Source: Bacteroidales bacterium (lineage in GTDB: Bacteria > Bacteroidota > Bacteroidia > Bacteroidales > UBA932). From it: a DNA stretch of 64,000 nucleotides. A model generated the notes under the pieces. That model was given only the letters and a program-made list of their open reading frames with translations. It was not told the DNA's origin and did no database searches. Of this stretch, positions 10,216-20,160 are shown piece by piece. Each line of letters starts with the position of its first letter. Within the stretch, counting starts at the first letter, position 1. The stretch spans positions 121,646 through 185,645 of the forward strand of contig JAZUBU010000015.1 of assembly GCA_045638645.1 (NCBI GenBank), given 5' to 3'. Made by a program: the position numbers and the translations under genes.

Positions 10216-11069
10216 GCAGTACCATTCTGATTACAATTGCTTGTTTGAGCGCACTCGGTCTTTTGTTGGCCGCGGTGTTGTACTTTGTCGCTCAAAAATT
10301 CAAGGTGGAAGAGGATCCGCGCATCGATGATGTGGAGGCCCTGTTGCCCGGTGCCAATTGTGGTGGTTGTGGATCGGCTGGATGTCGCGCCTTTGCGGAA
10401 CGTTGTGTGAAGGCCGATGATCTGGACGGACTTTTTTGTCCCGTTGGAGGAAATCCCGTGATGAAGCAGGTTGCCGGCCGTTTGGGAAAAGAGGTGGCGG
10501 AAGCTGCACCCCGTGTGGCGGTGGTGCGTTGCTCAGGGTCCTTGGACAACCGCCCCCGTACCAGCATTTACAACGGGGAGAAATCGTGCAAGGTGATGGC
10601 CGGTTTGTACAGTGGTGATACCGCTTGCCGTTACGGCTGTCTGGGTCAGGGAGATTGTGTGTCGGCTTGTCCTTTTGATGCCATCGAGATGAATCCCCGT
10701 ACCGGTTTGCCGCAGGTGAACGAAGATCGTTGTACGGCTTGTGGTAATTGCGTGGCCGTCTGCCCCAAAGGGGTGATCGAATTGCGGAACAAAGGACCGA
10801 AGTCGCGTCGTCTCTATGTTTCCTGTATCAACCAGGACAAAGGTGGCGTGGCACGCAAGGCTTGTGCTGTCGCTTGTATCGGTTGCATGAAATGCGTGAA
10901 AGTATGTCCTTTTGATGCAGTGAAAGTAGAGAATAATGTTGCATACATCGATTTCAACAAATGTCGTCTGTGCCGCAAATGCGCGGAGGCATGTCCTACC
11001 GGTGCCATTGTGGAAGTGAACTTCCCGATCCGTTTGCCGAAGGAAGTTGAGGTTGAAAAACAAGCATAG
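10212..11069 (+). CDS. rnfB: Rnf electron transport complex subunit B
   Basis: 285 aa. N-terminal TM helix, a CGGCGSAGC cluster and several CxxCxxCxxxCP ferredoxin motifs. Confidence 0.85.
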   Translation: MSSTILITIACLSALGLLLAAVLYFVAQKFKVEEDPRIDDVEALLPGANCGGCGSAGCRAFAERCVKADDLDGLFCPVGGNPVMKQVAGRLGKEVAEAAPRVAVVRCSGSLDNRPRTSIYNGEKSCKVMAGLYSGDTACRYGCLGQGDCVSACPFDAIEMNPRTGLPQVNEDRCTACGNCVAVCPKGVIELRNKGPKSRRLYVSCINQDKGGVARKACAVACIGCMKCVKVCPFDAVKVENNVAYIDFNKCRLCRKCAEACPTGAIVEVNFPIRLPKEVEVEKQA

Positions 11070-11076
11070 GTACGTT

Positions 11077-12411
11077 ATGAAAAAGACGTTTTCATTGGGG
11101 GGAGTTCATCCCCATGACCAAAAGATATCCGCCGGTTCCGCCATCGAGACGTTTCCGGTGCTGGAACGCGTGTATATTTCAATGGCACAGCACCTGGGTG
11201 CCCCGGCAGAACCGATTGTCGCCAAGGGAGACCGGGTGAAAGTCGGTCAGTTGATTGCCAAACCCAGTGGATTCATGTCGGCATGCATCCACTCGTCCGT
11301 GTCGGGAACCGTGGCCTCCATCGAGCCGTATGCGGACCTGGCGGGCAACATGGTCAAGACCATAATCATTGACGTGGAGGGCGATGAATGGGAGGAAAGC
11401 ATTGATCGCACGGATACGGTCGTACGTGAGATCAAGGCCACCAAAGAAGAGATTCTTCAGCGCATCGCTGACAGTGGGATTGTCGGATTGGGTGGAGCAT
11501 CGTTTCCGACCCATATCAAACTGACCCCTCCTCCGGGTAAAAAAGCCGATTGCCTGTTGATCAACGGGGCGGAATGTGAACCCTATCTTACGTCAGACCA
11601 TCGGATCATGGTGGAAATGCCGGAACAAATTCTGATCGGTGCCCGTCTGATGATGAAGGCATTGGACGTGAACCGTTGCCTTTTTGGGGTAGAAGAAAAC
11701 AAACCGGATGCCATCGCGGCTTTGCGTCAGTTCCATGCGTCCTATCCGGAGATTGAAATCGTGACGCTGAAAAAGAAATACCCGCAAGGTGGCGAAAAGC
11801 AGTTGATCGATGCCCTGGTCGGCCGTCGGGTTCCTGCCATGGGATTGCCGATTGATACCGGTGCGGTGGTGCAAAACTGTGGAACCGCCCTGGCTGTTTA
11901 CGAGGCGGTGCAAAAGAACAAACCGTTGTTTGAAGGCATTGTGACGGTGACTGGTGACTGTACGGAACAACAACGCAACTTCCGTTTGCGGGTAGGTACA
12001 CCCTTTGACAAGATGTTGGATGCTGTGGGCGGATTGCCGGACAAGGCTGCGAAACTCATCAGCGGTGGTCCGATGATGGGCAAGGCGGTCGCCAACATCA
12101 AAGCCGCTTCGGTGAAGAGTACTTCCGCGCTGCTGGTGTTAACAGAGGAACAGACCCTGCGCAAGCCGGGAACCCAGTGCATCCGTTGCGGAAAGTGTGT
12201 GCAAGCCTGTCCCATGGGGCTGGAACCTTATCTGTTGAACAAGTTGGCGAAGGCTTCTCGCATGGAAGATCTCGAAAGCAACCGGGTACAGGATTGTATT
12301 GAATGTGGTTGCTGCTTGTACGTCTGCCCGGCCCAATTGCCTTTGCTGGACAACATTCGTGTGGGCAAGGCTCAAGTGATCAAGATCTTGCGTAGCCGTC
12401 CCAAAAAATAA
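11077..12411 (+). CDS. rnfC: Rnf electron transport complex subunit C
   Basis: 444 aa from MKKTFSLGG. Contains GLGGASFPTHIKL and two 4Fe-4S motifs, CIRCGKCVQACP and CIECGCCLYVCP. Confidence 0.9.
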   Translation: MKKTFSLGGVHPHDQKISAGSAIETFPVLERVYISMAQHLGAPAEPIVAKGDRVKVGQLIAKPSGFMSACIHSSVSGTVASIEPYADLAGNMVKTIIIDVEGDEWEESIDRTDTVVREIKATKEEILQRIADSGIVGLGGASFPTHIKLTPPPGKKADCLLINGAECEPYLTSDHRIMVEMPEQILIGARLMMKALDVNRCLFGVEENKPDAIAALRQFHASYPEIEIVTLKKKYPQGGEKQLIDALVGRRVPAMGLPIDTGAVVQNCGTALAVYEAVQKNKPLFEGIVTVTGDCTEQQRNFRLRVGTPFDKMLDAVGGLPDKAAKLISGGPMMGKAVANIKAASVKSTSALLVLTEEQTLRKPGTQCIRCGKCVQACPMGLEPYLLNKLAKASRMEDLESNRVQDCIECGCCLYVCPAQLPLLDNIRVGKAQVIKILRSRPKK

Positions 12412-12441
12412 TCTGAACGAGAACTGTTGAAAATTCTGACT

Positions 12442-13446
12442 ATGAGAAAATTACTTGTTTCGCCGGCTCCGCACATCCATGGTCCCGAAAATACCCGTCG
12501 GATCATGATGGATGTGTTGATCGCCCTGCTTCCCTCGTTGTTGGTGTCCATTTATTTCTTTGGATTCTCTGCCATTCAGCTGGTATTGGTGGGAGCTGTG
12601 ACCTGTGTCGGTGTTGAATATTTGATTCAAAAGTATTTGTTGAAAACCGAGGTAACGATCCACGACCTTTCTGCAGCGGTGACCGGTGTTTTGTTGGCGT
12701 TGAACCTTCCTCCGAGTTCGCCGTGGTGGTTGATCCTGTTGGGATCCATTGTGGCCATCGGAGTAGCCAAGATGACTTTTGGCGGTTTGGGACAGAACAT
12801 TTTCAATCCGGCGTTGGTGGGTCGGGTGTTTTTGCTGATATCGTTCCCGGTCATCATGACCGATTGGACCATTCCGAGTTCCTGGTTCAGAGCGGGTGTG
12901 GATGCTTCGACAGGAGCGACTCCCCTGGCTTTGATCAAGGAAGGGTTGGCACAAGGCCAGACGGTGGATCAGATCATGGCCCTTTATCCGGACTTGAGTT
13001 ATTTTGAAATGCTTTTTGTCAAGGTAGGCGGTTCTGTTGGTGAAGTGTCAGCCTTGGCTCTGCTCCTGGGTTTGGCGTATTTGTTGGTACGTCGTGTCAT
13101 CCGTCCGCATATTCCGGTGAGCATCCTTTTGACCATCGCCGTCTTCTCCGGCATCTTCTGGCTCATAGATCCGGCTCAATATACCGATCCGCTGTTCAAT
13201 ATTTTGACGGGGGGTGTACTCTTGGGATCCATCTTCATGGCAACGGACTACGTGACTTCTCCGATGACGGCTCGGGGTATGGTTCTCTATGGGGTGGGCA
13301 TTGGTCTCATTACCATGTTGATCCGGATGTTCGGATCCTATCCCGAAGGTATTTCGTTTGCAATTTTGATCATGAACTCAGTGGTTCCGTTGATCAACAA
13401 GTATATCAAACCGGCAAGATTTGCCAAGGAGGTGAAGAATGGCTAA
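12442..13446 (+). CDS. rnfD: Rnf electron transport complex subunit D
   Basis: 334 aa from ATG 12442. Polytopic NqrB/RnfD layout. Carries an STGATPLA flavinylation-type motif. Confidence 0.9.
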   Translation: MRKLLVSPAPHIHGPENTRRIMMDVLIALLPSLLVSIYFFGFSAIQLVLVGAVTCVGVEYLIQKYLLKTEVTIHDLSAAVTGVLLALNLPPSSPWWLILLGSIVAIGVAKMTFGGLGQNIFNPALVGRVFLLISFPVIMTDWTIPSSWFRAGVDASTGATPLALIKEGLAQGQTVDQIMALYPDLSYFEMLFVKVGGSVGEVSALALLLGLAYLLVRRVIRPHIPVSILLTIAVFSGIFWLIDPAQYTDPLFNILTGGVLLGSIFMATDYVTSPMTARGMVLYGVGIGLITMLIRMFGSYPEGISFAILIMNSVVPLINKYIKPARFAKEVKNG

Positions 13447-14029
13447 AGCATCTACTTTCCGGAACATGGTGGTGTGCCTGTTCCTGATCTGTTTCGTGTG
13501 TTCGGGTTTGTTGGCCGTGGTCAATGCCCTGACTGAAAAACCCATTGCGGAAGCCAATGTGGCCAAGATCAATGCGTCCATTGCAGCTGTGGTACCGGCT
13601 TTCGATAACGAACCTTCTGCCGAAGTCTTTTCGGTGCAGGTGGGTGCCGATCCCATTTCCGTTTATCCGGCCACCCTTGAGGGTACTGTGGTGGGTTATG
13701 CGATTGAAACCTTTTCCAACAAAGGCTTTGGAGGACGTATTACCTTGATGGTCGGCTTCCTGCCCGACGGTACGGTGTACAATACTTCGGTGGTTTCTCA
13801 CGCAGAAACCCCCGGTTTGGGCGATAAAATGGAGGCGGGAAAAAGTAACTTCAGTGAGCAGTTCAAGGGAATTCATCCGGCAAGTTTCCGTCTGGCGGTA
13901 AAGAAGGATGGTGGAGATATTGATGCCATTACGGCGTCGACTATTTCGTCCCGAGCCTTTGCCGATGCACTCAGCCGTGCTTATGAAGCGTTTGTATTGA
14001 TTCAACAAGAAAACAAGGAGGAAATGTAA
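13439..14029 (+). CDS. rnfG: Rnf electron transport complex subunit G (FMN-binding)
   Basis: 196 aa. N-terminal anchor and FMN_bind-type sequence ETPGLGDK...DAITASTISS. Confidence 0.85.
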   Translation: MAKASTFRNMVVCLFLICFVCSGLLAVVNALTEKPIAEANVAKINASIAAVVPAFDNEPSAEVFSVQVGADPISVYPATLEGTVVGYAIETFSNKGFGGRITLMVGFLPDGTVYNTSVVSHAETPGLGDKMEAGKSNFSEQFKGIHPASFRLAVKKDGGDIDAITASTISSRAFADALSRAYEAFVLIQQENKEEM

Positions 14030-14030
14030 T

Positions 14031-14621
14031 ATGGGAAGACTCAAATTGATTACCAGAGGCATCATTCAGGAGAACCCGACCTTTGTGTTGGTGCTGGGTA
14101 TGTGTCCGACCCTGGGAACGACGACGTCTGCCATCAACGGTATGGGTATGGGGTTGGCCACCACGTTTGTACTGATTCTATCCAACATGGTCATTTCCAT
14201 GATCGCCGGACTGATCCCTGCGAAGGTACGCATTCCTTCCTACATTGTTGTGATTGCTACCCTTGTGACGATTCTGCAACTGCTGATGCAGGTGTTTGTT
14301 CCTTCGTTGTACGAGACCTTGGGCCTGTTCATTCCGCTGATTGTGGTGAACTGCATTGTCCTGGGACGGGCAGAGGCGTTTGCGAACAAAAACGGCGTGC
14401 TTGATTCCGCTTGTGACGGTCTGGGTAGTGGACTGGGCTTTACGTTGGCCCTCACGGTATTGGGTCTGGTGCGTGAAATCCTGGGTAGCGGCTCTGCTTT
14501 CGGTCTGAAATTTATCGACGGTGACGGTATTTTGGCCTTTGTCCTGGCACCGGGTGCGTTCATCGCCTTGGGTTACCTGATGGTGTTGTACAACAAATTT
14601 GTGAAATCCAAAATTCAATAG
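14031..14621 (+). CDS. rnfE: Rnf electron transport complex subunit E
   Basis: 196 aa. NqrD/RnfE-type hydrophobic protein (NPTFVLVLGMCPTLG). Confidence 0.9.
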   Translation: MGRLKLITRGIIQENPTFVLVLGMCPTLGTTTSAINGMGMGLATTFVLILSNMVISMIAGLIPAKVRIPSYIVVIATLVTILQLLMQVFVPSLYETLGLFIPLIVVNCIVLGRAEAFANKNGVLDSACDGLGSGLGFTLALTVLGLVREILGSGSAFGLKFIDGDGILAFVLAPGAFIALGYLMVLYNKFVKSKIQ

Positions 14622-14627
14622 TGTGTT

Positions 14628-15224
14628 ATGGAATACATCATTTTGATTATATCGGCAGTTTTTGTCAACAACGTTGTCTTGTCCCAATTTTTGGGAATCT
14701 GTCCTTTCCTCGGTGTTTCCAACAAAGTCAGCACGGCCATCGGGATGTCCGGAGCGGTGGCTTTCGTCATGGCGATTGCCACGTTGGTGACCTACTTGCT
14801 GCAGCAGCTGCTGATTGCGTTGCACATTGAATTCATGCAGACCCTGGTCTTTATCCTGGTCATTGCTGCACTGGTACAGATGGTGGAGATTGTGTTGAAG
14901 AAAATATCCCCCGCTTTGTATCAGGCCTTGGGGATCTTCCTGCCCCTCATCACGACCAACTGTTGTGTGTTGGGGGTAGCGATCATGGTCGTGACCAAGG
15001 AATTTACCTTTGGCGATCAGGTACAAATGTTGAATCTGGCCCAGTCGGTGGTTTATGCCACCGCGTGTGCGGTAGGCTTTGGTTTGGCAATGGTCATTTT
15101 CGCTGGGATCCGTGAACAACTTGAATTGTCGGAGGTGCCGAAGGCCTTCCGCGGTGTTCCGATTGCTCTGATCGCAGCCGGTATCCTGGCCATGGCATTT
15201 ATGGGCTTTAGTGGATTGGTATAA
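14628..15224 (+). CDS. rnfA: Rnf electron transport complex subunit A
   Basis: 198 aa. NqrE/RnfA-type sequence ([16 protein letters not shown]). Confidence 0.9.
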   Translation: MEYIILIISAVFVNNVVLSQFLGICPFLGVSNKVSTAIGMSGAVAFVMAIATLVTYLLQQLLIALHIEFMQTLVFILVIAALVQMVEIVLKKISPALYQALGIFLPLITTNCCVLGVAIMVVTKEFTFGDQVQMLNLAQSVVYATACAVGFGLAMVIFAGIREQLELSEVPKAFRGVPIALIAAGILAMAFMGFSGLV

Positions 15225-15225
15225 T

Positions 15226-15498
15226 ATGCAACGCTTGATTGAAATAGAAAAAATCCTGGCTGCCGGCCGGGTGCAAGAAGCTACAGAACAAGTTCTGGCC
15301 TTGCTGGAAAAAGAACCTGAGAACGCAGGAGCGTGGTATTTGCTGGGGGGAATCTATCGTCGCGAGCAACTGTGGGGAGAGGCGATCAACGCCTACAACC
15401 GGGCCAAGATGATTGAGCCGGAGGGACCTGCCGCAGCCGCCATCGAATCCATTTACGACATCATACGTTTTGTCAATAAGGATCTGATGAATCCCTAG
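15226..15498 (+). CDS. small tetratricopeptide-repeat protein
   Basis: 90 aa from MQRL. TPR-like AWYLLGGIYRREQLWGEAINAYNRA. Directly follows rnfA. Confidence 0.55.
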   Translation: MQRLIEIEKILAAGRVQEATEQVLALLEKEPENAGAWYLLGGIYRREQLWGEAINAYNRAKMIEPEGPAAAAIESIYDIIRFVNKDLMNP

Positions 15499-16043
15499 CG
15501 GGTCGCGTCGTTGACCGGGTGGCCTCCCAGAGCGGACCAGAGTACGATGCCGATGCTGACGGACACGTTCAGTGAATGCTTGGTGCCGTATTGTGGAATC
15601 TCCAGAGCCATGTCGCTTTCATCGGCGACCACTTGTTGAACGCCTTTGACTTCATTCCCGAAGACGAAGGCGTATCTTTTTTGTGGATCATTCACAAAGT
15701 CCTGCAGCAGGGTCGAATGGGCGGTCTGCTCCACGCAGACGATGGTGTAGCCTTCTGCTTTCAAACGCCGGACGAGGCTTAAGGTATCTTCGGCATGTTC
15801 CCAAGGAACTGTGAACTCGGCACCCAGGGCGGATTTGTGGATTTCGGCCGACGGAGGAGTCGCACAAATCCCGCACAAGTAGATCTTTTCCACCCGGAAG
15901 GCATCCGAGGTTCGGAAGGCCGATCCGATGTTGTGTTGGCTACGGATGTTGTCCAGAATCAGGACCGCATTTTGCTTGGTAGCAGTCTGGTAATCGGACG
16001 GGGAGAGGCGGTTGAGTTCGCAGTTTAAAGTTTTTCGAAACAT
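15495..16043 (-). CDS. TrmH/SpoU family RNA 2'-O-methyltransferase
   Basis: 182 aa. SpoU motifs NIGSAFRT, FVFGNEVKG and SLNVSVSIGIVLW. Confidence 0.8.
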   Translation of the reverse strand: MFRKTLNCELNRLSPSDYQTATKQNAVLILDNIRSQHNIGSAFRTSDAFRVEKIYLCGICATPPSAEIHKSALGAEFTVPWEHAEDTLSLVRRLKAEGYTIVCVEQTAHSTLLQDFVNDPQKRYAFVFGNEVKGVQQVVADESDMALEIPQYGTKHSLNVSVSIGIVLWSALGGHPVNDATR

Positions 16044-16068
16044 AATTGCAAATCTTTGGGCTTTTGTC

Positions 16069-16076
16069 TATTTTTG
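16069..16076 (+). promoter_or_regulatory. -7 box TATTTTTG for glyA
   Basis: Exact TAnnTTTG match, 26 nt upstream of ATG 16103. Confidence 0.45.
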
Positions 16077-16078
16077 CA

Positions 16079-16086
16079 CAAAGGTA
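16079..16086 (-). promoter_or_regulatory. -7 box TACCTTTG for the TrmH-like gene
   Basis: Plus strand reads CAAAGGTA, 35 nt upstream of the start at 16043. Interleaved with the glyA box. Confidence 0.4.
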
Positions 16087-16102
16087 TGAATTTATCAACA
16101 CT

Positions 16103-17383
16103 ATGAAACAAGATTTAAAAATAGCAGAACTGATTAAACAGGAAGAGAACAGACAAAAACACGGTATTGAGCTGATCGCTTCTGAAAACTTCGTATCGGA
16201 CCAAGTCTTGATGGCTTTGGGTTCCGTAATGACTAACAAATATGCCGAAGGTTATCCGGGTGCCCGTTACTATGGTGGTTGCGAAGTGGTGGACCAAGCG
16301 GAACAATTGGCTATCGACCGCATTTGTGAACTGTTTGGTGCAGAATATGCGAACGTGCAACCGCACTCAGGTGCTCAAGCCAACATGGCGGTGTTCATGG
16401 CTTGCCTCAAACCCGGCGATACTTTTATGGGTCTGGATTTGGCACACGGTGGTCACTTGACCCACGGTTCTCCCGTGAACATGTCGGGTATGTTGTACAA
16501 TGCCATCGGTTATCAGCTGAACGAAGAAACCGGTTTGGTGGATTACGATGACATGGAACGCAAAGCGTTGGAACACCGTCCGAAATTGATCGTAGGGGGT
16601 GCTTCTGCTTACTCTCGCGAATGGGACTGGGCTCGCATGCGTGAAATTGCAGACAAGGTTGGTGCTATTTTTATGGTTGATATGGCTCACCCGGCAGGTC
16701 TGATTGCTGCAGGTTTGCTCGAAAACCCGGTGAAACATGCCCACATCGTAACCTCTACCACCCACAAAACTTTGCGTGGTCCCCGCGGAGGTATCATCTT
16801 GATCGGTAAAGATTTTGACAACCCGTTCGGCATCAAGACTCCGAAAGGTGAAATCAAGAAGATGTCTGCTGTCATCAACTCCAGCGTATTCCCGGGCATC
16901 CAAGGTGGTCCCCTCGAACACTGCATCGCTGCAAAAGCAGTAGCTTTCTTTGAAGCTTTGCAACCGGAGTTCAAACAATACCAACTTCAAGTGAAGAAAA
17001 ATGCGGCTGCCATGGCAGAAGCGTTCATCAAACGGGGTTACAAAGTGGTATCAGGCGGAACAGACAACCACTTGATGTTGATTGACTTGCGTACCAAGTT
17101 CCCGGATTTGACCGGTAAGGTGGCTGAAAAGACCCTGGTACAAGCCGACATCACAGTGAACAAGAACATGGTTCCGTTCGACAGCCGTTCTCCTTTCCAA
17201 ACATCCGGTATCCGCGTAGGTACTCCTGCGATTACCTCCCGTGGTCTGGTTGAAAAAGACATGGACGGCATCGTAGAATTGATTGATGAAGTATTGAGCA
17301 ACGTAGGAAACGAAGAAGTCATTGCCAAGGTGAAGGATCAAGTTCGTATGAAAATGAACGGTATGCCTTTGAACAATTGGTAG
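16103..17383 (+). CDS. glyA: serine hydroxymethyltransferase
   Basis: 426 aa from [11 protein letters not shown]. Contains ELIASENF and the PLP-lysine motif [14 protein letters not shown]. Confidence 0.95.
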   Translation: MKQDLKIAELIKQEENRQKHGIELIASENFVSDQVLMALGSVMTNKYAEGYPGARYYGGCEVVDQAEQLAIDRICELFGAEYANVQPHSGAQANMAVFMACLKPGDTFMGLDLAHGGHLTHGSPVNMSGMLYNAIGYQLNEETGLVDYDDMERKALEHRPKLIVGGASAYSREWDWARMREIADKVGAIFMVDMAHPAGLIAAGLLENPVKHAHIVTSTTHKTLRGPRGGIILIGKDFDNPFGIKTPKGEIKKMSAVINSSVFPGIQGGPLEHCIAAKAVAFFEALQPEFKQYQLQVKKNAAAMAEAFIKRGYKVVSGGTDNHLMLIDLRTKFPDLTGKVAEKTLVQADITVNKNMVPFDSRSPFQTSGIRVGTPAITSRGLVEKDMDGIVELIDEVLSNVGNEEVIAKVKDQVRMKMNGMPLNNW

Positions 17384-17433
17384 TCTTTTTCGAAAATATT
17401 GCTCAGATTAATTGGAGACTCCGAAAATTTGTT

Positions 17434-17441
17434 TACCTTTG
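17434..17441 (+). promoter_or_regulatory. -7 box TACCTTTG for rpsO
   Basis: Exact match, 46 nt upstream of ATG 17488. A TTTG lies roughly 10 nt further upstream. Confidence 0.5.
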
Positions 17442-17443
17442 CG

Positions 17444-17459
17444 GTCCCAATTTTGGGAC
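17444..17459 (+). promoter_or_regulatory. hairpin in rpsO leader
   Basis: GTCCCA-ATTT-TGGGAC, a perfect 6-bp stem directly after the -7 box. Confidence 0.4.
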
Positions 17460-17487
17460 AAAACAATAAACATCAATTGCTTAAATT

Positions 17488-17763
17488 ATGGCAGAGTATT
17501 TATCCGCAGAGAAAAAGCAAGAGATTTTCGGACAATACGGAAAGTCTAATAAAGACACCGGCTCTCCTGAGGGTCAGATTGCATTATTTTCCTACCGTAT
17601 CGCTCACTTGACGAAACACCTTCAAGCAAACAAGAAGGACTTTGGAACCCAACGCGCGTTGCTTCGCTTGGTTGGTAAAAGACGTCGTTTGCTCGATTAC
17701 TTGAAGGCCAACGATATTGAGAGATACAGAAAGATTGTGAAAGATCTTAATCTTCGTAAGTAA
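17488..17763 (+). CDS. rpsO: 30S ribosomal protein S15
   Basis: 91 aa. Contains GSPEGQIALFSYRIAHLTKHL...LVGKRRRLLDYL. Confidence 0.95.
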   Translation: MAEYLSAEKKQEIFGQYGKSNKDTGSPEGQIALFSYRIAHLTKHLQANKKDFGTQRALLRLVGKRRRLLDYLKANDIERYRKIVKDLNLRK

Positions 17764-17783
17764 GAGATTTCTCAAAATCTACG

Positions 17784-17817
17784 GGGGTGTCCGTCAACAT
17801 TGGACATCCCTTTTTTT
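17784..17817 (+). terminator. rho-independent terminator/attenuator between rpsO and pnp
   Basis: 9-bp stem GGGGTGTCC / GGACATCCC (one G-U pair), 9-nt loop, followed by TTTTTTT. Confidence 0.7.
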
Positions 17818-17844
17818 GTATGTAGCTGTTTTAAGAATAAAGAT

Positions 17845-20085
17845 ATGAACGTAGTTAAAAAAAACATCACCCTCAGAGACGGTCGGGTGATTGAAATCGA
17901 AACCGGAAAATTGGCCAAACAGGCAGACGGTTCTGTAGTCGTTAAAATGGGCGGCACCATGTTGCTCGCCACCGTTTGTTGTGCCAAGGAGGCTAAAGAA
18001 GATGTGGACTTTATGCCCCTTTCCGTTGAGTACAAAGAAAAATTTGCTGCAGCCGGTCGCTATCCCGGCGGTTTTATGAAACGCGAAGGTCGCGCTTCGG
18101 ATTATGAAATTCTGATTGCACGTTTGATTGACCGTGCACTCCGTCCCCTGTTCCCGGATGACTTCCATGCAGAAGTGTTCGTGACCGTGAACTTGATTTC
18201 TGCTGAAAAAGATATTCAACCGGATGCCTTGGCAGGTTTGGCTGCATCTGCAGCATTGGCTGTCAGTGACATTCCTTTCAACGGACCTATTTCTGAAGTT
18301 CGTGTAGCCCGTGTAAACGGTGAATTGATGATCAACCCCACGTTCTCTCAAATGGAAGGTGCTGACATCGACATCATGGTCGCTGCTACTTATGACAACA
18401 TCATGATGGTGGAAGGTGAGATGAACGAAGTGTCTGAAAAAGATATGTTGGAAGCCATCAAATTTGCACACGAAGAAATCAAGATCCAATGCCAAGCGCA
18501 AATGGAATTGATGCAAGAAGTGGGCAAAGTTGAAAAGCGTGCTTATTGCCACGAGCGCAATGACGAAGAATTGCGTGAAGCCGTACGCAACTACTGCTAC
18601 GACAAATGCTATGCGATTGCGAAAGCAGGTACTGCAAAACATGAACGTTCTGATGCTTTCGATGCACTCCGTGAAGAGTTCATGGCAACGTTGCCGGAAG
18701 AAGAACGCGATGAAAAAGCCCCGCTAGTAGCCCGTTACTATCATGACGTGGAAAAAGAAGCGATGCGTCGCATGATTCTGGACGAAGGTGTTCGCTTGGA
18801 CGGCCGTAACACGACCCAAATCCGTCCGATCTGGACAGAAGTGGATTACTTGCCTTGTGCACACGGTTCTGCAATCTTTACCCGTGGTGAAACTCAATCC
18901 CTGACTACGGTTACCTTGGGAACCAAATTGGATATGAAGGAATTGGATGAAGTATTGGTGCAAGGTACCGAACAATTCGTGCTCCACTACAACTTCCCTC
19001 CGTTCTCAACCGGTGAAGCCCGTCCGCAACGCGGGGTAGGCCGTCGCGAAGTAGGTCACGGTAACCTGGCTTTTCGTGCTTTGAAACCGATGGTTCCGGT
19101 GGGTACTGAAAATCCCTACGCTGTGCGCGTGGTTTCTGATATTTTGGAATCCAACGGTTCTTCTTCCATGGCAACGGTTTGTGCCGGAACTTTGGCATTG
19201 ATGGATGCGGGTGTGAACATCAAAAAACCCGTTTCTGGTATTGCTATGGGTCTTATCTCTGATGCAAAGACCGGCAAGTATGCCATCCTTTCCGATATTT
19301 TGGGAGACGAAGACCACTTGGGCGATATGGACTTCAAAGTAACCGGTAGCGTTGATGGTATCACTGCAACCCAAATGGACATCAAGGTTGACGGACTTTC
19401 ATACGAAGTGTTGGAAAAAGCTTTGGAACAAGCTCGTCAAGGCCGTTTGCACATCATGGGTGAAATGATGAAAACCATTTCTGCACCCCGTGAAGACTAC
19501 AAACCTCACGTTCCTCGTATTGTGCAAATTGTCATCCCTGGAGAATTCATTGGTGCTGTTATCGGAACCGGTGGAAAGGTTATTCAAGATATCCAGAAGA
19601 CGACCGGTACGACCATTACCATTACAGAAGAGAATGAAATGGGTATCGTAGATATCTTTGGTGAAAACAAGGAATCCATGGATGCAGCCTTGAAACGCAT
19701 CAAAGACATTACTACAGTTCCGGAAGTGGGTGAAACCTATCATGGTAAGGTTGTTTCTATCCTGGAATTTGGAGCATTTGTAGAAATCCTCCCGGGCAAA
19801 GAAGGTTTGCTGCACATTTCAGAACTGGATTATACCAAGGTGGAAAAAGTGGAAGACATCCTCAAAGTCGGTGACGAAGTGGATGTGAAACTGCTTGAAA
19901 TCGATGGTAAGAGCGGTAAGATGCGTCTGTCCCGTCGTGCCTTGATGGAAAAACCGGAAGGATGGGTAGAGCCCGTTCGCAAACCCCGTCCGGAAGGAGA
20001 ACGTCGCAACAATGACCGTCGTGGTGACCGCAACGATCGTGGTGAACGCCGTGGCGAACGTCGTGACCGTGGCGAACGCAAATAA
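17845..20085 (+). CDS. pnp: polyribonucleotide nucleotidyltransferase (PNPase) with extended charged C-terminal tail
   Basis: 746 aa from MNVVKK. Two RNase PH domains, then KH ([12 protein letters not shown]) and S1 ([15 protein letters not shown]), followed by an R/D/E-rich tail. Confidence 0.95.
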   Translation: MNVVKKNITLRDGRVIEIETGKLAKQADGSVVVKMGGTMLLATVCCAKEAKEDVDFMPLSVEYKEKFAAAGRYPGGFMKREGRASDYEILIARLIDRALRPLFPDDFHAEVFVTVNLISAEKDIQPDALAGLAASAALAVSDIPFNGPISEVRVARVNGELMINPTFSQMEGADIDIMVAATYDNIMMVEGEMNEVSEKDMLEAIKFAHEEIKIQCQAQMELMQEVGKVEKRAYCHERNDEELREAVRNYCYDKCYAIAKAGTAKHERSDAFDALREEFMATLPEEERDEKAPLVARYYHDVEKEAMRRMILDEGVRLDGRNTTQIRPIWTEVDYLPCAHGSAIFTRGETQSLTTVTLGTKLDMKELDEVLVQGTEQFVLHYNFPPFSTGEARPQRGVGRREVGHGNLAFRALKPMVPVGTENPYAVRVVSDILESNGSSSMATVCAGTLALMDAGVNIKKPVSGIAMGLISDAKTGKYAILSDILGDEDHLGDMDFKVTGSVDGITATQMDIKVDGLSYEVLEKALEQARQGRLHIMGEMMKTISAPREDYKPHVPRIVQIVIPGEFIGAVIGTGGKVIQDIQKTTGTTITITEENEMGIVDIFGENKESMDAALKRIKDITTVPEVGETYHGKVVSILEFGAFVEILPGKEGLLHISELDYTKVEKVEDILKVGDEVDVKLLEIDGKSGKMRLSRRALMEKPEGWVEPVRKPRPEGERRNNDRRGDRNDRGERRGERRDRGERK

Positions 20086-20115
20086 TCGCTGATCACAGCG
20101 TCCTACAATAGTAAA

Positions 20116-20146
20116 GGCAGCTCAGTCCTAGGACTGGGCAGCTTTT
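20116..20146 (+). terminator. terminator downstream of pnp
   Basis: Perfect 14-bp palindrome CAGTCCTAGGACTG, extended by further pairs, followed by CTTTT. Confidence 0.6.
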
Positions 20147-20160
20147 GCTATTGTTTATCC

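Noticed and set aside
14178-15119. 313-aa minus-strand ORF across rnfE/rnfA
   Set aside because: Antisense to two conserved membrane subunits. It has an H/Q/N/R-rich composition untypical of real proteins.
19990-20085. Short tandem-like DNA repeats (CGTGGTGAMCGC) suggestive of a repeat array
   Set aside because: They are in frame inside pnp and encode the RGD/RGE-rich tail. They are not a CRISPR or intergenic repeat.
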